From the NCBI RefSeq assembly GCF_008000775.2, contig NZ_CP042905.2:2970001-3002000 (forward strand): a stretch of DNA of 32,000 nt, written 5' to 3'. This DNA comes from Promethearchaeum syntrophicum (GTDB lineage Archaea; Asgardarchaeota; Lokiarchaeia; Sigyniarchaeales; Promethearchaeaceae). Made by a program: the position numbers and the translations under genes. Of this stretch, positions 17,413 to 26,902 are shown piece after piece (position 1 is the stretch's first letter; each line of letters opens with the position of its first letter). Below the pieces are notes generated by a model. The model was not told where the DNA came from and did not search any database. It worked only from the letters and a program-made list of their open reading frames with translations.

Positions 17413-19980
17413 CTAAACCCTCGATATAATATTACTTACAATTTTAGGAAAGTTTTTCCAATTATCAACAGGAATTAATTGAGCATTTATAGATTCGACT
17501 ATTTGCTGAATATTACCCATTCCATACATAGTTTTAGGGACAATTAAGATGCTTGTAGCATTTTCATTCACGATATTTTCTAAATGTTTTTTTGATCTTT
17601 GAAAATCTCCTAAATAGGCATCTGTAACTAATATAAACATTTTATCTTGACTTTTTGATAGTTTAAATTGATTTTCGGCCCATTCAACAGCAGATTGCAT
17701 TTGAGTTCCACCACGAGCGTGTAAATCGAGTATTTCATCAACAATTTCATCCAAAACAATATCTTCATTAATTTCACATAAAATATGAGAAGAACTTTCA
17801 AACAAAGCAACCCCCAATTCATCCCTCGCAAAAACCATTAAAAGCATAACAGTTACAATGGAAGCACTAGCCAATGGAGCTCCAGTCATTGAACCACTGA
17901 TATCTAAAAGAAAAATAACACATCTTCTTCCAGAAATCTCTTCTCTTACAATAAAATCATCCAATTTTACATCTTCGATTTTTTTTCCAGAACTTAGCAA
18001 GTTATCTATAGTTTCATCTATATCTATAGCCCAAGGATCATCACCAAGAAAAAATGGTCGAGTTGTGCCTTCTGGCAAGATTCCAGCTTCAGAAGATCCG
18101 ATTAGAAGAGCTGCTTTTGTCTTAGCTAAATCAATAATAATTTCCTTGGCGCGATCTTTAACAGTTTGTCTAAGCCATTTTGGTAATTTATGTCCATGTT
18201 TAAACCATTGATTGAGAAAATTCTCCCCTCCTCCAGCGCCAATAGCTTTTCTAAAAAGATCTTCCTCTTCGGGAGTATGGCGAATGATTTTTGATACTTG
18301 ACTTAAATCCCGCATTGCTAAAGCGCCCAATGCACCTACACTCTTTTTTTTAATAGACATACTGATTAAGGTTTGTGATTGGGATTGAGTTAACGAATTT
18401 TTTCTTAGTATACTGTTTACACGTTCAAAACTGGGATTCTCAGTAGAAATCATATTTTTAAGATATTCAAATACGTCTCCAAGTAATTTAGCAATTTCTG
18501 CTTTATCCATTCCTAAACTATCCCCTTTCTCAAAAATTTTTGATATTTCAAGATCATAATTGTTTTCTTGCGCAAATTCAATAGATTTTGCTAAATCATC
18601 TGGAGTTTGAGAAGTTTCGATCATATTTTTTATTTCTTCTTGGTTAAAATTTCTAAAAGTTTGATTTAAATGAGAATTTCCAACTTTCTTCTTAATATTT
18701 TCTAATTTTTCAAATAGGTCATTGTGATCACCCCAATTTAAATTCTTATCAGCTAAATAATTTGAAACTTTATTTCTGAATAAATCAAGCCATTCAGCAT
18801 TTGATATTGGGTTGTCAATTACTTCATTCAAAGGTGTTTTTTTAAAATCTTTAGAATATTTATTATAAATTCGATTGGAGAGATTTGAATTGAAAATATC
18901 ATCTAAATCTTTAGCTTTCTGCAATAAATCAAGTGGAGAATTATATTCATGAGAGTTTTCAATAAATGAATCTAATTGATCATAATTTAACGTATCTTTA
19001 AATAAATTAGGAGAAAAAAGAATATCTTCTAAATTTGTTGCCTCTTCTTTAAATCTATTTTCAGCATAATTTATCATACTATCCAAACGTGGGGCATGAT
19101 CTGATATCGAGATATTATTTTGGTTTAAAATATTTTTGAAATTATTAAAAATTTCTAAAGAATTTTGTAATTCTCTTGATGATAATTCATCTATTATTTT
19201 GGAAGATTTAGAAGATATCTCATGTTTATGATTTTTTAAAGAGTCTTCTAACATTTCTGCTAAATTTTGAATATTTTTTTCACGGCTCAAGTTCTTTACT
19301 TCAGATGTTAACGAAAGAATGTGACTTCTAACAAGGTCCTCATTATCTATAAAGGGGACTTTTTGAAGCATCAGCTTTTTTGCAAAATCCATTATTCCAC
19401 CCCAATTATCAAGTTTATTTTGTCTAAGACCTTGACTACCACCAATTGTATCATAAGCAATTCGTTTCTTTAAAATGTCTAAACTTTCATTGTTTGTGAG
19501 TGAGATATAATCTTGAGGATCAGATGCAAAAATTTCATTTTCTATTTGCTCTACAAAACGAAGGCTTTCCAACCCTTTACTTGAATCTACAGACCTTTGC
19601 AATGTTAGAAAACTTAAAATCTCATTTAAAATATCTTGTGCGCCAGTTAAATGTTTAGGAACAGTTTTAGAAGTAATCAAACTTGAATCTACAGTATCTC
19701 CTTGAAATAAATCCCTTTCATCACCGAGAAGGATTCTTATCGCAATAATTTCTGCAAATTTTTGAGCTTCTGGAGGGCTTGTGATGATTGCAAGTGTGAT
19801 TAAATCATTAGTATCTAGTGAAGATTTTGTGCGCAAGATCTTACATATTCCCATAGCGCATATAGCTTGGGATTGCCTTGAACTAAAAATACTTTTTTTT
19901 ATACCTGGAGATTCATTTATGCTTTCTCTAGCGACATTTATAAATTCAGATGCAAATTCAACTAATTCAAAGTGTCCCAT
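17413..19980 (-). CDS. Large VWA (von Willebrand factor A) domain protein, second gene of the MoxR-VWA-SWIM operon
   Basis: C-terminal MIDAS VIFLLDISGSMTGAPL, later metal-site elements ARGGTQM and LVTDAYLGDF. The ORF track starts at GTG 19989; ATG 19980 (MGHFELVEF) is a plausible start. Confidence 0.85.
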   Translation of the reverse strand: MGHFELVEFASEFINVARESINESPGIKKSIFSSRQSQAICAMGICKILRTKSSLDTNDLITLAIITSPPEAQKFAEIIAIRILLGDERDLFQGDTVDSSLITSKTVPKHLTGAQDILNEILSFLTLQRSVDSSKGLESLRFVEQIENEIFASDPQDYISLTNNESLDILKKRIAYDTIGGSQGLRQNKLDNWGGIMDFAKKLMLQKVPFIDNEDLVRSHILSLTSEVKNLSREKNIQNLAEMLEDSLKNHKHEISSKSSKIIDELSSRELQNSLEIFNNFKNILNQNNISISDHAPRLDSMINYAENRFKEEATNLEDILFSPNLFKDTLNYDQLDSFIENSHEYNSPLDLLQKAKDLDDIFNSNLSNRIYNKYSKDFKKTPLNEVIDNPISNAEWLDLFRNKVSNYLADKNLNWGDHNDLFEKLENIKKKVGNSHLNQTFRNFNQEEIKNMIETSQTPDDLAKSIEFAQENNYDLEISKIFEKGDSLGMDKAEIAKLLGDVFEYLKNMISTENPSFERVNSILRKNSLTQSQSQTLISMSIKKKSVGALGALAMRDLSQVSKIIRHTPEEEDLFRKAIGAGGGENFLNQWFKHGHKLPKWLRQTVKDRAKEIIIDLAKTKAALLIGSSEAGILPEGTTRPFFLGDDPWAIDIDETIDNLLSSGKKIEDVKLDDFIVREEISGRRCVIFLLDISGSMTGAPLASASIVTVMLLMVFARDELGVALFESSSHILCEINEDIVLDEIVDEILDLHARGGTQMQSAVEWAENQFKLSKSQDKMFILVTDAYLGDFQRSKKHLENIVNENATSILIVPKTMYGMGNIQQIVESINAQLIPVDNWKNFPKIVSNIISRV

Positions 19981-20001
19981 TAAAATCACATTCGTAATTT
20001 A

Positions 20002-20973
20002 TTATTTTACAACTGTATTGATGATTTTCTTAACAATTTGTTCAGATTGGAATCCGGGTCGTGGTTTTAACCCTCCAATCAGCACAAGACCCGCAATTTT
20101 CTTAAATTCATTTATATCTAATTTCTTTTTAAGTTGTTTTTTTGCAGCTAGTTTTGTAATTGCTATAGCAGAACGAATTGAAGCAGGTCTTTCAATTTCT
20201 CGGCTCTTTCGTGTAGCATCGATTAAATTGTAGGTGAGATCTATATAATCTTTTGATAATTTAGTTTGAGGAATATTTGCATGAATAATTTCCATTTCAA
20301 CTGAACGTGAAGGATAATCTAATTTAATCCAAATTTTTATTCGATCTTTAAGAGCTTCTGATAAACGATGAGTTCCCGCCATATCTCCTGGATTAGCAGC
20401 ACACATTAAAAAAAAATCATCATGAGCTCTAATCCTACCTAATCGTGGTAACATAATACTTCGTTCTTCTAGAGGTTCCAAAAATGTATTTTGGGTGTAT
20501 TCTGTAGCGCGGTTTAATTCGTTTGCCAGAAATATTCCACCTGTTACCATCATTTCTGTCAAAGAACCTGGTAAAAATGATTCTTTAATGAAACCTCTTT
20601 TTAATGTTTCTCCAGGATCAAAAGCACCTACAAAATGACCAGGTTTTGTCGATTCATCTAATGTCATCCATTCAAAATTCTTCTTACGTGAAGAAGCAAA
20701 GGATCTTGCAAGAAGTGTTTTACCAGTTCCAGGAGGACCAATTAAAATTGGTGTTAATTGACATGCTTCAGCATCTTCTAATAATTCAAATGCTTGTTTA
20801 TACTGCCCTTTTTTTACTAATTCAATATCTGGTGTGTTGTCAAAAACAAAGGATTTCTCCATCAATTCGTAAAAATCACTTTTTTTTACTTTTTGATTTT
20901 CTTTACTAATTTTACTTGTAGTTTTCTTACTAATTTTCTTTGTAACTTTACTTTTTGTTTTTTTTGGAGGCAT
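20002..20973 (-). CDS. MoxR-like AAA+ ATPase, first gene of the MoxR-VWA-SWIM operon
   Basis: Walker A ILIGPPGTGKTLLARS, GGIFLANELNRATEYTQNTFLEPLEE, FFLMCAANP, LSEALKDRIK; lysine-rich N-terminal extension. Confidence 0.88.
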   Translation of the reverse strand: MPPKKTKSKVTKKISKKTTSKISKENQKVKKSDFYELMEKSFVFDNTPDIELVKKGQYKQAFELLEDAEACQLTPILIGPPGTGKTLLARSFASSRKKNFEWMTLDESTKPGHFVGAFDPGETLKRGFIKESFLPGSLTEMMVTGGIFLANELNRATEYTQNTFLEPLEERSIMLPRLGRIRAHDDFFLMCAANPGDMAGTHRLSEALKDRIKIWIKLDYPSRSVEMEIIHANIPQTKLSKDYIDLTYNLIDATRKSREIERPASIRSAIAITKLAAKKQLKKKLDINEFKKIAGLVLIGGLKPRPGFQSEQIVKKIINTVVK

Positions 20974-21232
20974 ATTTTGTCACTTATTAATATTTTTACC
21001 TTATATAAATTTAAACATATAGGGAATCCGATTTTCTAAAAATTATTTGGCTCCTATTAATGTTTTTTTGTAAATGGATGATTCTCAAAAATAATTCTGA
21101 ACTTTAAAAATTTGTTTTACGGAAGATCTTCAGAGATTTATAAATTAATGTTTGGATTTTTTTTTGAATAGCCTTGCTAACTATTGGATTCAATATATTT
21201 TAATATATCATTGATAGATATTTCTTTTATGA

Positions 21233-22006
21233 TTGAAATCTTTCAAGGTGTTTTTTTTGACTGATAATGCTATTTCTATTAAAAATCTTGTAAAAAATTT
21301 TGACGATGAAGTCACTGCTGTAGATAATTTAAATCTGGAAGTTAAAAAAGGAGAGACTTTTGGTTTTTTAGGACCCAATGGAGCGGGTAAAACCACTACA
21401 ATAAACATATTGTGTGGGCTTTTAAAACCAACAAGTGGAACCGTGTGTGTTGGAGGATATGATGTCACGAAGAATCTTAAAAAAGTTAAAGAGTTGATAG
21501 GTGTTTGCCCCCAGGAAGCAGCAGTTTTCAAATATCTAAGTGGTCGTGAAAATATCGAACTATTTGGTAACTTACACAAGATGTCTAAGAAGGATTTAAA
21601 AGAACGTGCTGATATGCTCATTGAAAAAATGAATTTAACAAAAGCCAGTAATAGAAAAGCAAAGGGTTACTCTGGGGGTATGATTAGAAGTTTGAATTTA
21701 ATTATTGCTCTGATTAATAGTCCAGACATTGCATTCTTGGACGAACCAACTGTAGGTCAAGATGCCAGAGCCAGACGTGAGACATGGAAATTTATTGGTG
21801 ACCTTAAAACACAAAATAAAACAACTATTTTAACCACACATTATATCGAAGAAGCAGAAGCTCTCAGTGATAGGGTAGGAATAATAGACTTTGGCAAATT
21901 AATAGCATTAGGAACTCCAAAAGAATTGAGGGAAAAATATAATGCAAAAAATTTAGAAGACGTATTTTTAAAAATAACAGGTCGTAGAATTTTGGAGGGA
22001 ATATAA
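21233..22006 (+). CDS. ABC transporter ATP-binding protein (DrrA/ABC-2 exporter type)
   Basis: LGPNGAGKTTT, YSGGMIRSL, IAFLDEPTVGQDARARRE, TILTTHYIEEAEAL. Start codon in the track is TTG; in-frame TTG 21257 is an alternative. Confidence 0.9.
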   Translation: MKSFKVFFLTDNAISIKNLVKNFDDEVTAVDNLNLEVKKGETFGFLGPNGAGKTTTINILCGLLKPTSGTVCVGGYDVTKNLKKVKELIGVCPQEAAVFKYLSGRENIELFGNLHKMSKKDLKERADMLIEKMNLTKASNRKAKGYSGGMIRSLNLIIALINSPDIAFLDEPTVGQDARARRETWKFIGDLKTQNKTTILTTHYIEEAEALSDRVGIIDFGKLIALGTPKELREKYNAKNLEDVFLKITGRRILEGI

Positions 22007-22007
22007 A

Positions 22008-22745
22008 ATGGATGCACAAAGAATTAGAGTTTTAGTAAAAAATAATATAATAAAACTTATCAGAACACCAGCTAATTTGTTCATGAACATTTTATTTCCA
22101 GCAGTCCTGACATTAGTATTTGGGATATCTTTTAACGATCCAGAAACGGGAATGACCATAAGTTTCACTACACCAGGACTTATATCTTATGCCATAATAT
22201 TCATTATTATGACTGTCGCCATGAGTTTTACAGAAGACAGGGAATCAGGCATACTTAAGAGAATCAACACAACTCAAACGACTTCAAGCGAATTTATGGG
22301 CTCACACATAATTAGCAACATGATTACTAGCTTTATTCAAGTAATAATTGTTGTGGGACTTGCACTTCTAATTGGATTTAGACCTACAGGAAATTTATGG
22401 AGTTATGTCTTAGTATTTATTATCATTGGTCTATTTGCTTTGATTGCTGTAGGATTGGGATTAATTGTAGCTACAATTGCTAAAAGTCCCGGAGCTGCAT
22501 CTGGGATTTCATTTATATTTATTCTACCAATGATGTTCTTTGGAACCTTCATGCCATTAAACTCCACAACTGAAATTATTGCAAAGTTTATGCCAAGTGC
22601 ATATGCCACTAATGCTTTAGAGGTTCTCTTTACGGGAGATAATTTAAATCCTGTAGTATTATCCGGAATTTTATTTTTGTCAATAACTAGCATTATTATA
22701 GTACTAATTGGTGTGTTGTTATTCAATAAATTAGGAAATAAATAA
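22008..22745 (+). CDS. ABC-2 type transporter permease
   Basis: FMNILFPAVLTLVFGISF, SFTEDRESGILKRINTTQTTSSEFMGSHI, FILPMMFFGTFMPLN. Begins 1 nt after the ATPase gene ends. Confidence 0.9.
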   Translation: MDAQRIRVLVKNNIIKLIRTPANLFMNILFPAVLTLVFGISFNDPETGMTISFTTPGLISYAIIFIIMTVAMSFTEDRESGILKRINTTQTTSSEFMGSHIISNMITSFIQVIIVVGLALLIGFRPTGNLWSYVLVFIIIGLFALIAVGLGLIVATIAKSPGAASGISFIFILPMMFFGTFMPLNSTTEIIAKFMPSAYATNALEVLFTGDNLNPVVLSGILFLSITSIIIVLIGVLLFNKLGNK

Positions 22746-22827
22746 TAAAAACAGTTCTTATACTTCTTTTTTTTTGATATTTCTGCCAATTTCCCTTATT
22801 TATCAGACATTAGCACTGCTTGAGACT

Positions 22828-24345
22828 CTATTTTTTCTCTGCGTGTAAGTGATTCAGCTCATTAAAAGGAAAATTGAATTTCTTGAACGTTTCAGCAAAA
22901 TTAGAATAATTCTCGATGGATTTTTTTATTTCATTATATCCTCTAAATGAAGATAAATAGGAAGTAATTTCTTCGCCATGTATTATATCTGGGAGAAGAA
23001 ATTCTGAATGTATTGAAAATTTCTCTTCCCTTTCTTCTTTCGTACTTGGTACAACTATTGGAGAATTTTCTATATCTAAGTTGATTCTTTGAAATCCATT
23101 TTCTGATGCTCTGATTCCATAAATAAAATTATATTTTAGTTTAATATTGGGAAAATGTTCATTGAATTGATTCCATAATACATCCAAGCACCCATAACAA
23201 GGATTCTTCTCAGATAGAATAAATAATTCACCTCTTATTTCTGTTTTATCATTATGTTCTAAAAGTCCTAATTGATGTACAAAATTATTTAGAATTTTAA
23301 ATTCACTATGTTGACTATTAGTTTTTTTGTAATTTATTTTATCATCTTTGGGATGTAAAACTGTTTTGGGTATAAAAAATGGGGTTAATTCCTTTTCAAA
23401 ATGGATCGAAGATAACTCTGGGATATTTTTTTCGTCCATCGATTTTATGACTTTTTCAGGAACATTTCCTTTTTTATCTGTTTCAATATATTTTTCTGTT
23501 AGTTCTAGTTGAAATCTTGAATTGGAACTTTCAACATTCTTTCCATCAAAAATAACCATCGGACCTTTATCATTAAAAGAAATGATATATCCTTCTATCT
23601 CTTCTTGGTTGCCAATTTTGATTTTGTATATACCAAAGGCAAGATGTAATGTACTCCCTCTCATTCCCGTTTGTTTATTCCTCATTTGAGGAATTGTTTG
23701 TTTCCAATTCAGTACATTAACTTTATTAGATTTACTTCGATACAATTTTATTTCTTCATTCTTAATTTTATTGATGACTTGATATCCTTGATACCTAGAA
23801 ATGCTAGAACTAATTGATATATTTTCTATATTGAAAAAATCCTTTAGTTGGCCATCTTTATGAACGAGATCTTTGGGCATCGGTTTTGGATCATAAATAT
23901 GGATAATACATTTCGAGTTGAAATAGTTTGTCAAGTCTTTCGTATTATAATTCGTAGCTTTGCCTGTATAAAAGCAGCCAATTAACTTCAGCGAAACTCG
24001 GTCGTAAATATCAATTTTAATCATGGTACCAGGAGCTAAGTTAAATCTTTTGCGGCGTTGTTGTGCATTGAAGAACCTAAATAGATTATCCGGAAACTTT
24101 TTCCTCGCATTTTTCCGAATTTCACGAACCGTCTTTCTTGTGATTTGGATACATTTTTTTGGCTCAATCCCAGGAAATTTCGTGAAGTAGAATCCTTCGT
24201 TAAAAGAATATACTTCTGCTTTTTGACATGCGGATTTACTTAAATATTTGAAAAATTGTTCTTTTTCATCAATTAAGGGATTTCTTAGCAGAGCTATTCT
24301 GTTTTTATCGTGAATTTTTACCCAAGATTCTTCAAAGTTTGTCAT
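22828..24345 (-). CDS. Uncharacterised protein with a C-terminal zinc-dependent deaminase-fold domain resembling bacterial polymorphic-toxin deaminases
   Basis: 505 aa. Residues about 346-410 read HSEFKILNNFVHQLGLLEHNDKTEIRGELFILSEKNPCYGCLDVLWNQFNEHFPNIKLKYNFIYG, i.e. [H]xE then PCxxC, with surrounding context like toxin-type deaminases. Confidence 0.65.
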   Translation of the reverse strand: MTNFEESWVKIHDKNRIALLRNPLIDEKEQFFKYLSKSACQKAEVYSFNEGFYFTKFPGIEPKKCIQITRKTVREIRKNARKKFPDNLFRFFNAQQRRKRFNLAPGTMIKIDIYDRVSLKLIGCFYTGKATNYNTKDLTNYFNSKCIIHIYDPKPMPKDLVHKDGQLKDFFNIENISISSSISRYQGYQVINKIKNEEIKLYRSKSNKVNVLNWKQTIPQMRNKQTGMRGSTLHLAFGIYKIKIGNQEEIEGYIISFNDKGPMVIFDGKNVESSNSRFQLELTEKYIETDKKGNVPEKVIKSMDEKNIPELSSIHFEKELTPFFIPKTVLHPKDDKINYKKTNSQHSEFKILNNFVHQLGLLEHNDKTEIRGELFILSEKNPCYGCLDVLWNQFNEHFPNIKLKYNFIYGIRASENGFQRINLDIENSPIVVPSTKEEREEKFSIHSEFLLPDIIHGEEITSYLSSFRGYNEIKKSIENYSNFAETFKKFNFPFNELNHLHAEKK

Positions 24346-24862
24346 TAATTTCTATTCCAATAAGGACTAAAGGTTTTTTACAAAATGTAAAACCCATTGC
24401 TAAATGAATTCGTAGATTATTAAAGAATTTTTGGACAGTAATATGCATGAAATTTGGACTATGAGGGTGAGAAGGCTGTTCTTCTTCTCGTTCATTTCCA
24501 TTTTCCAATTACAACCTTAATCACTTTAACGAATAATTTAACGAGTTAAACGATTCTACCCAATGAAAAGTCAGATTTCCATAAGGTGTATGCGGAAAAT
24601 TTACGCTTTACTAAGGGATAGTAATCCAACCAGGGAAAAGTCAGATTTTTGGGAACTATAATTTCAGTTTTTTTTTCCAGTTTCATTGATTTTAGGAACA
24701 TTTATAATATAAAAAGATTAATTTTAATATGCTCGAATCAAATATGTATTTTTAATTGCATTTTAGAGTTTTGAATAACTAAAATTGAATTCTTAAAAAT
24801 ACAGCCCGTGTTTGATATTTTGAGTAATTTAATTAACATATAAATTAAACTGGTGAAAAAAA

Positions 24863-25225
24863 ATGGGATTTAAAATAAAACATCTTTTTATCATAAATAT
24901 TATCACATCCTTACTTTTTGGATTAGGATTTCTATTTATGACTGAAATACAGAACACTATGCTTGGTATTGAAGATAATCTTTTAGGATTTAAGTATTTT
25001 GGCCTTGCCCTTATTGGTAATGCCATTTTGTTATTCTTCTCAATAAATTCAGAGGATAATCCTGCTAGGAAAGCGATTTTAATTTATAATTCCTTTGGCG
25101 CTTCCCTTCTAGTAATATTGATGTTCGTAACTTTAGATTTAACGATTATAATGGTTTGGGTTTCTATAATTCTTCAAACTGTATTATGTTGCCTACATGC
25201 ATATTTCCTCTTCAAAAAAGAGTAA
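24863..25225 (+). CDS. Small 4-TM hypothetical membrane protein
   Basis: 120 aa, hydrophobic segments throughout, ends FLFKKE, followed by a T-rich tract. Confidence 0.6.
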   Translation: MGFKIKHLFIINIITSLLFGLGFLFMTEIQNTMLGIEDNLLGFKYFGLALIGNAILLFFSINSEDNPARKAILIYNSFGASLLVILMFVTLDLTIIMVWVSIILQTVLCCLHAYFLFKKE

Positions 25226-25247
25226 AAACAGGGAAATTTGATATAAA

Positions 25248-25257
25248 TTTTTTTTTT
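25248..25257 (+). terminator. Poly-T tract, likely terminator
   Basis: Ten consecutive T residues 22 nt past the stop at 25225. Confidence 0.4.
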
Positions 25258-25367
25258 CAAATTTTTTTTAGATATGATCTAATTTATGTTATGATTTAAT
25301 TACAAAAATATTTTAATTTTAGTTAAAAATACTGAGAAAAAAAATTGGCCTTGTTATTTTTAACAAT

Positions 25368-25901
25368 TCAGTGATTAAGGTCCGGTACATGAAATACATC
25401 AAGGTAGGGTTCTTTAAACGAAAATACGGTTAAAAGTAAAATTGTTAACATAAAAAGCCCTAAAATCAACCCGAACGATTTCTTATTGAATTGAATGATG
25501 ACATTGTTTTCGATACCAATTGCTATTAATGCGATGATTATCAAAACGATAAATGAATAAATCAATTCTACTGCTAGAGGTTCGATGTGGGGTAAAAACA
25601 TTGGACCAATGTACCATACAAGAATTTCTAACCAAGGAATAAGTAATGTTGTAAAAAGCCGCATAGTCCAGTAATCTTTTCCTAATTCTTCTTTTTTCCT
25701 GAAGACGGCATATTCAATTAAAACTGTAAAGAAATAAGCCCAAAAAGCTAGTTTCATGTGTTGTAAGACAGATTCACTTGTCCCCGCAAAGATTCCGACT
25801 GGAAAGTACGGAAGCCATTCGTAGAGAAAGTGGAGTAGTGAGAAAAATACAAGGTAAATTACTACCTTTGCAAATGTCCATTTTTTATCGAAGCGATTCA
25901 T
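25368..25901 (-). CDS. Membrane protein, DUF6512-like
   Basis: 177 aa multipass with FFSLLHFLYEWLP...FAGTSESVLQHMKLAFWAYF. Family assignment is from memory of the pattern. Confidence 0.6.
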   Translation of the reverse strand: MNRFDKKWTFAKVVIYLVFFSLLHFLYEWLPYFPVGIFAGTSESVLQHMKLAFWAYFFTVLIEYAVFRKKEELGKDYWTMRLFTTLLIPWLEILVWYIGPMFLPHIEPLAVELIYSFIVLIIIALIAIGIENNVIIQFNKKSFGLILGLFMLTILLLTVFSFKEPYLDVFHVPDLNH

Positions 25902-26078
25902 TTTTTCACCTTTTTTATTTAATAAAGATAATAAAATATCGGTGTGGAAAATTTAGAAGATATCGATTATAATAAATAGTAAAAAAGTGATTCTATCTTA
26001 TGAGTTCGCGCACTCGGGTTATAATTACATAAATTTCCAAACTATAAAAAAAGAAGGTATCATTGGGATTGATTTCAA

Positions 26079-26690
26079 TTACATTCCGGTGGTTTCCACT
26101 TGTTTTTGATTATTTTTTTTCGCAATTATTGTTAATACTAATAGCAATACCCAACCAATACCCATAACCGAATATTCAAAAGCAACCAGAATCCACTTAA
26201 ATACACTCGTGACAGATAGAAAATTCAATAGGGTTAAGTTGAAATTTGAGGGATTGGTATATATTAAAATCATAAAAAGATTTTCCAAAGCATCAAACGT
26301 ACGAGAAAAAATAGTCAGAACCAACCCGATTTTTGGAATAATTTGTATATTGCCCTTATTCTTAAGGAATTTCAGCAAAAGCGCATTCAGTGAAAAAAAC
26401 AGTAAAACTCCAGTCAAAATAAATAGGTAGTCAAAGATATAGAGCCGATTCACGAATGGAATCACTGACTGCCATGCCCCCACAATAACTTCAACTTCAT
26501 TTCGAGTTGCAGCATTTTGTAAATCTGCTGTAGAATAACCACTCTGCTCTATCTGCTGAGACATGTTTGTAAATCCAAAAATAATGATGCAGGAATAACT
26601 TACAAAGAATAATAATGTTAAAAATAATTGAAATCTAAGAGATTTTGCAATAGCGTACTTTTCAAATTTCTTAAAATTTAGGAACTTCAT
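26079..26690 (-). CDS. Hypothetical multipass membrane protein
   Basis: 203 aa with about 5 hydrophobic segments. Confidence 0.6.
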   Translation of the reverse strand: MKFLNFKKFEKYAIAKSLRFQLFLTLLFFVSYSCIIIFGFTNMSQQIEQSGYSTADLQNAATRNEVEVIVGAWQSVIPFVNRLYIFDYLFILTGVLLFFSLNALLLKFLKNKGNIQIIPKIGLVLTIFSRTFDALENLFMILIYTNPSNFNLTLLNFLSVTSVFKWILVAFEYSVMGIGWVLLLVLTIIAKKNNQKQVETTGM

Positions 26691-26830
26691 ACATATATAG
26701 CAACCAATAAGCTATTAAATTCTTATTCCACAATTTTTCTTAATTGACGCTAACTTAATATTGAGAAGGTAGGTTAATAATCTTTAAATTAGGAGTTTAA
26801 TCATTTGAAGCCCATATAATGAAGAAAAGA

Positions 26831-26902
26831 TGCGTTCACCGGGAATTGAACCCGGGTCCCCGGGTTGGAAACCCGAGATGCTAACCTCTACACAATGAAC
26901 GC
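26831..26902 (-). tRNA. tRNA-Gly (anticodon UCC)
   Basis: Minus strand GCGTTCA TT GTGT-AGAGGTTA-GCAT C TCGGG-TTTCCAA-CCCGG GGAC CCGGG-TTCAATT-CCCGG TGAACGC A. All four stems fold, with G-U pairs in the D and anticodon stems. Anticodon TCC at 34-36. Confidence 0.95.

Noticed and set aside
16828-20909. Plus-strand ORFs antisense to the MoxR-VWA-SWIM genes (16828-17052, 17184-17378, 17628-17831, 17858-18211, 19781-20233, 20604-20909)
   Set aside because: The opposite strand has continuous, motif-supported coding; these are low-complexity shadow ORFs with no domain pattern.
21208-21621. 137-aa minus-strand ORF opposite the ABC ATPase start
   Set aside because: Antisense to the Walker A region; translation such as PPAPLGPKKPKVSP is a shadow of GPNGAGKTT.
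26700-26716. Short inverted repeat atagc...gctat downstream of the tRNA-Gly
   Set aside because: Arms of only 5 bp in AT-rich DNA are expected by chance.
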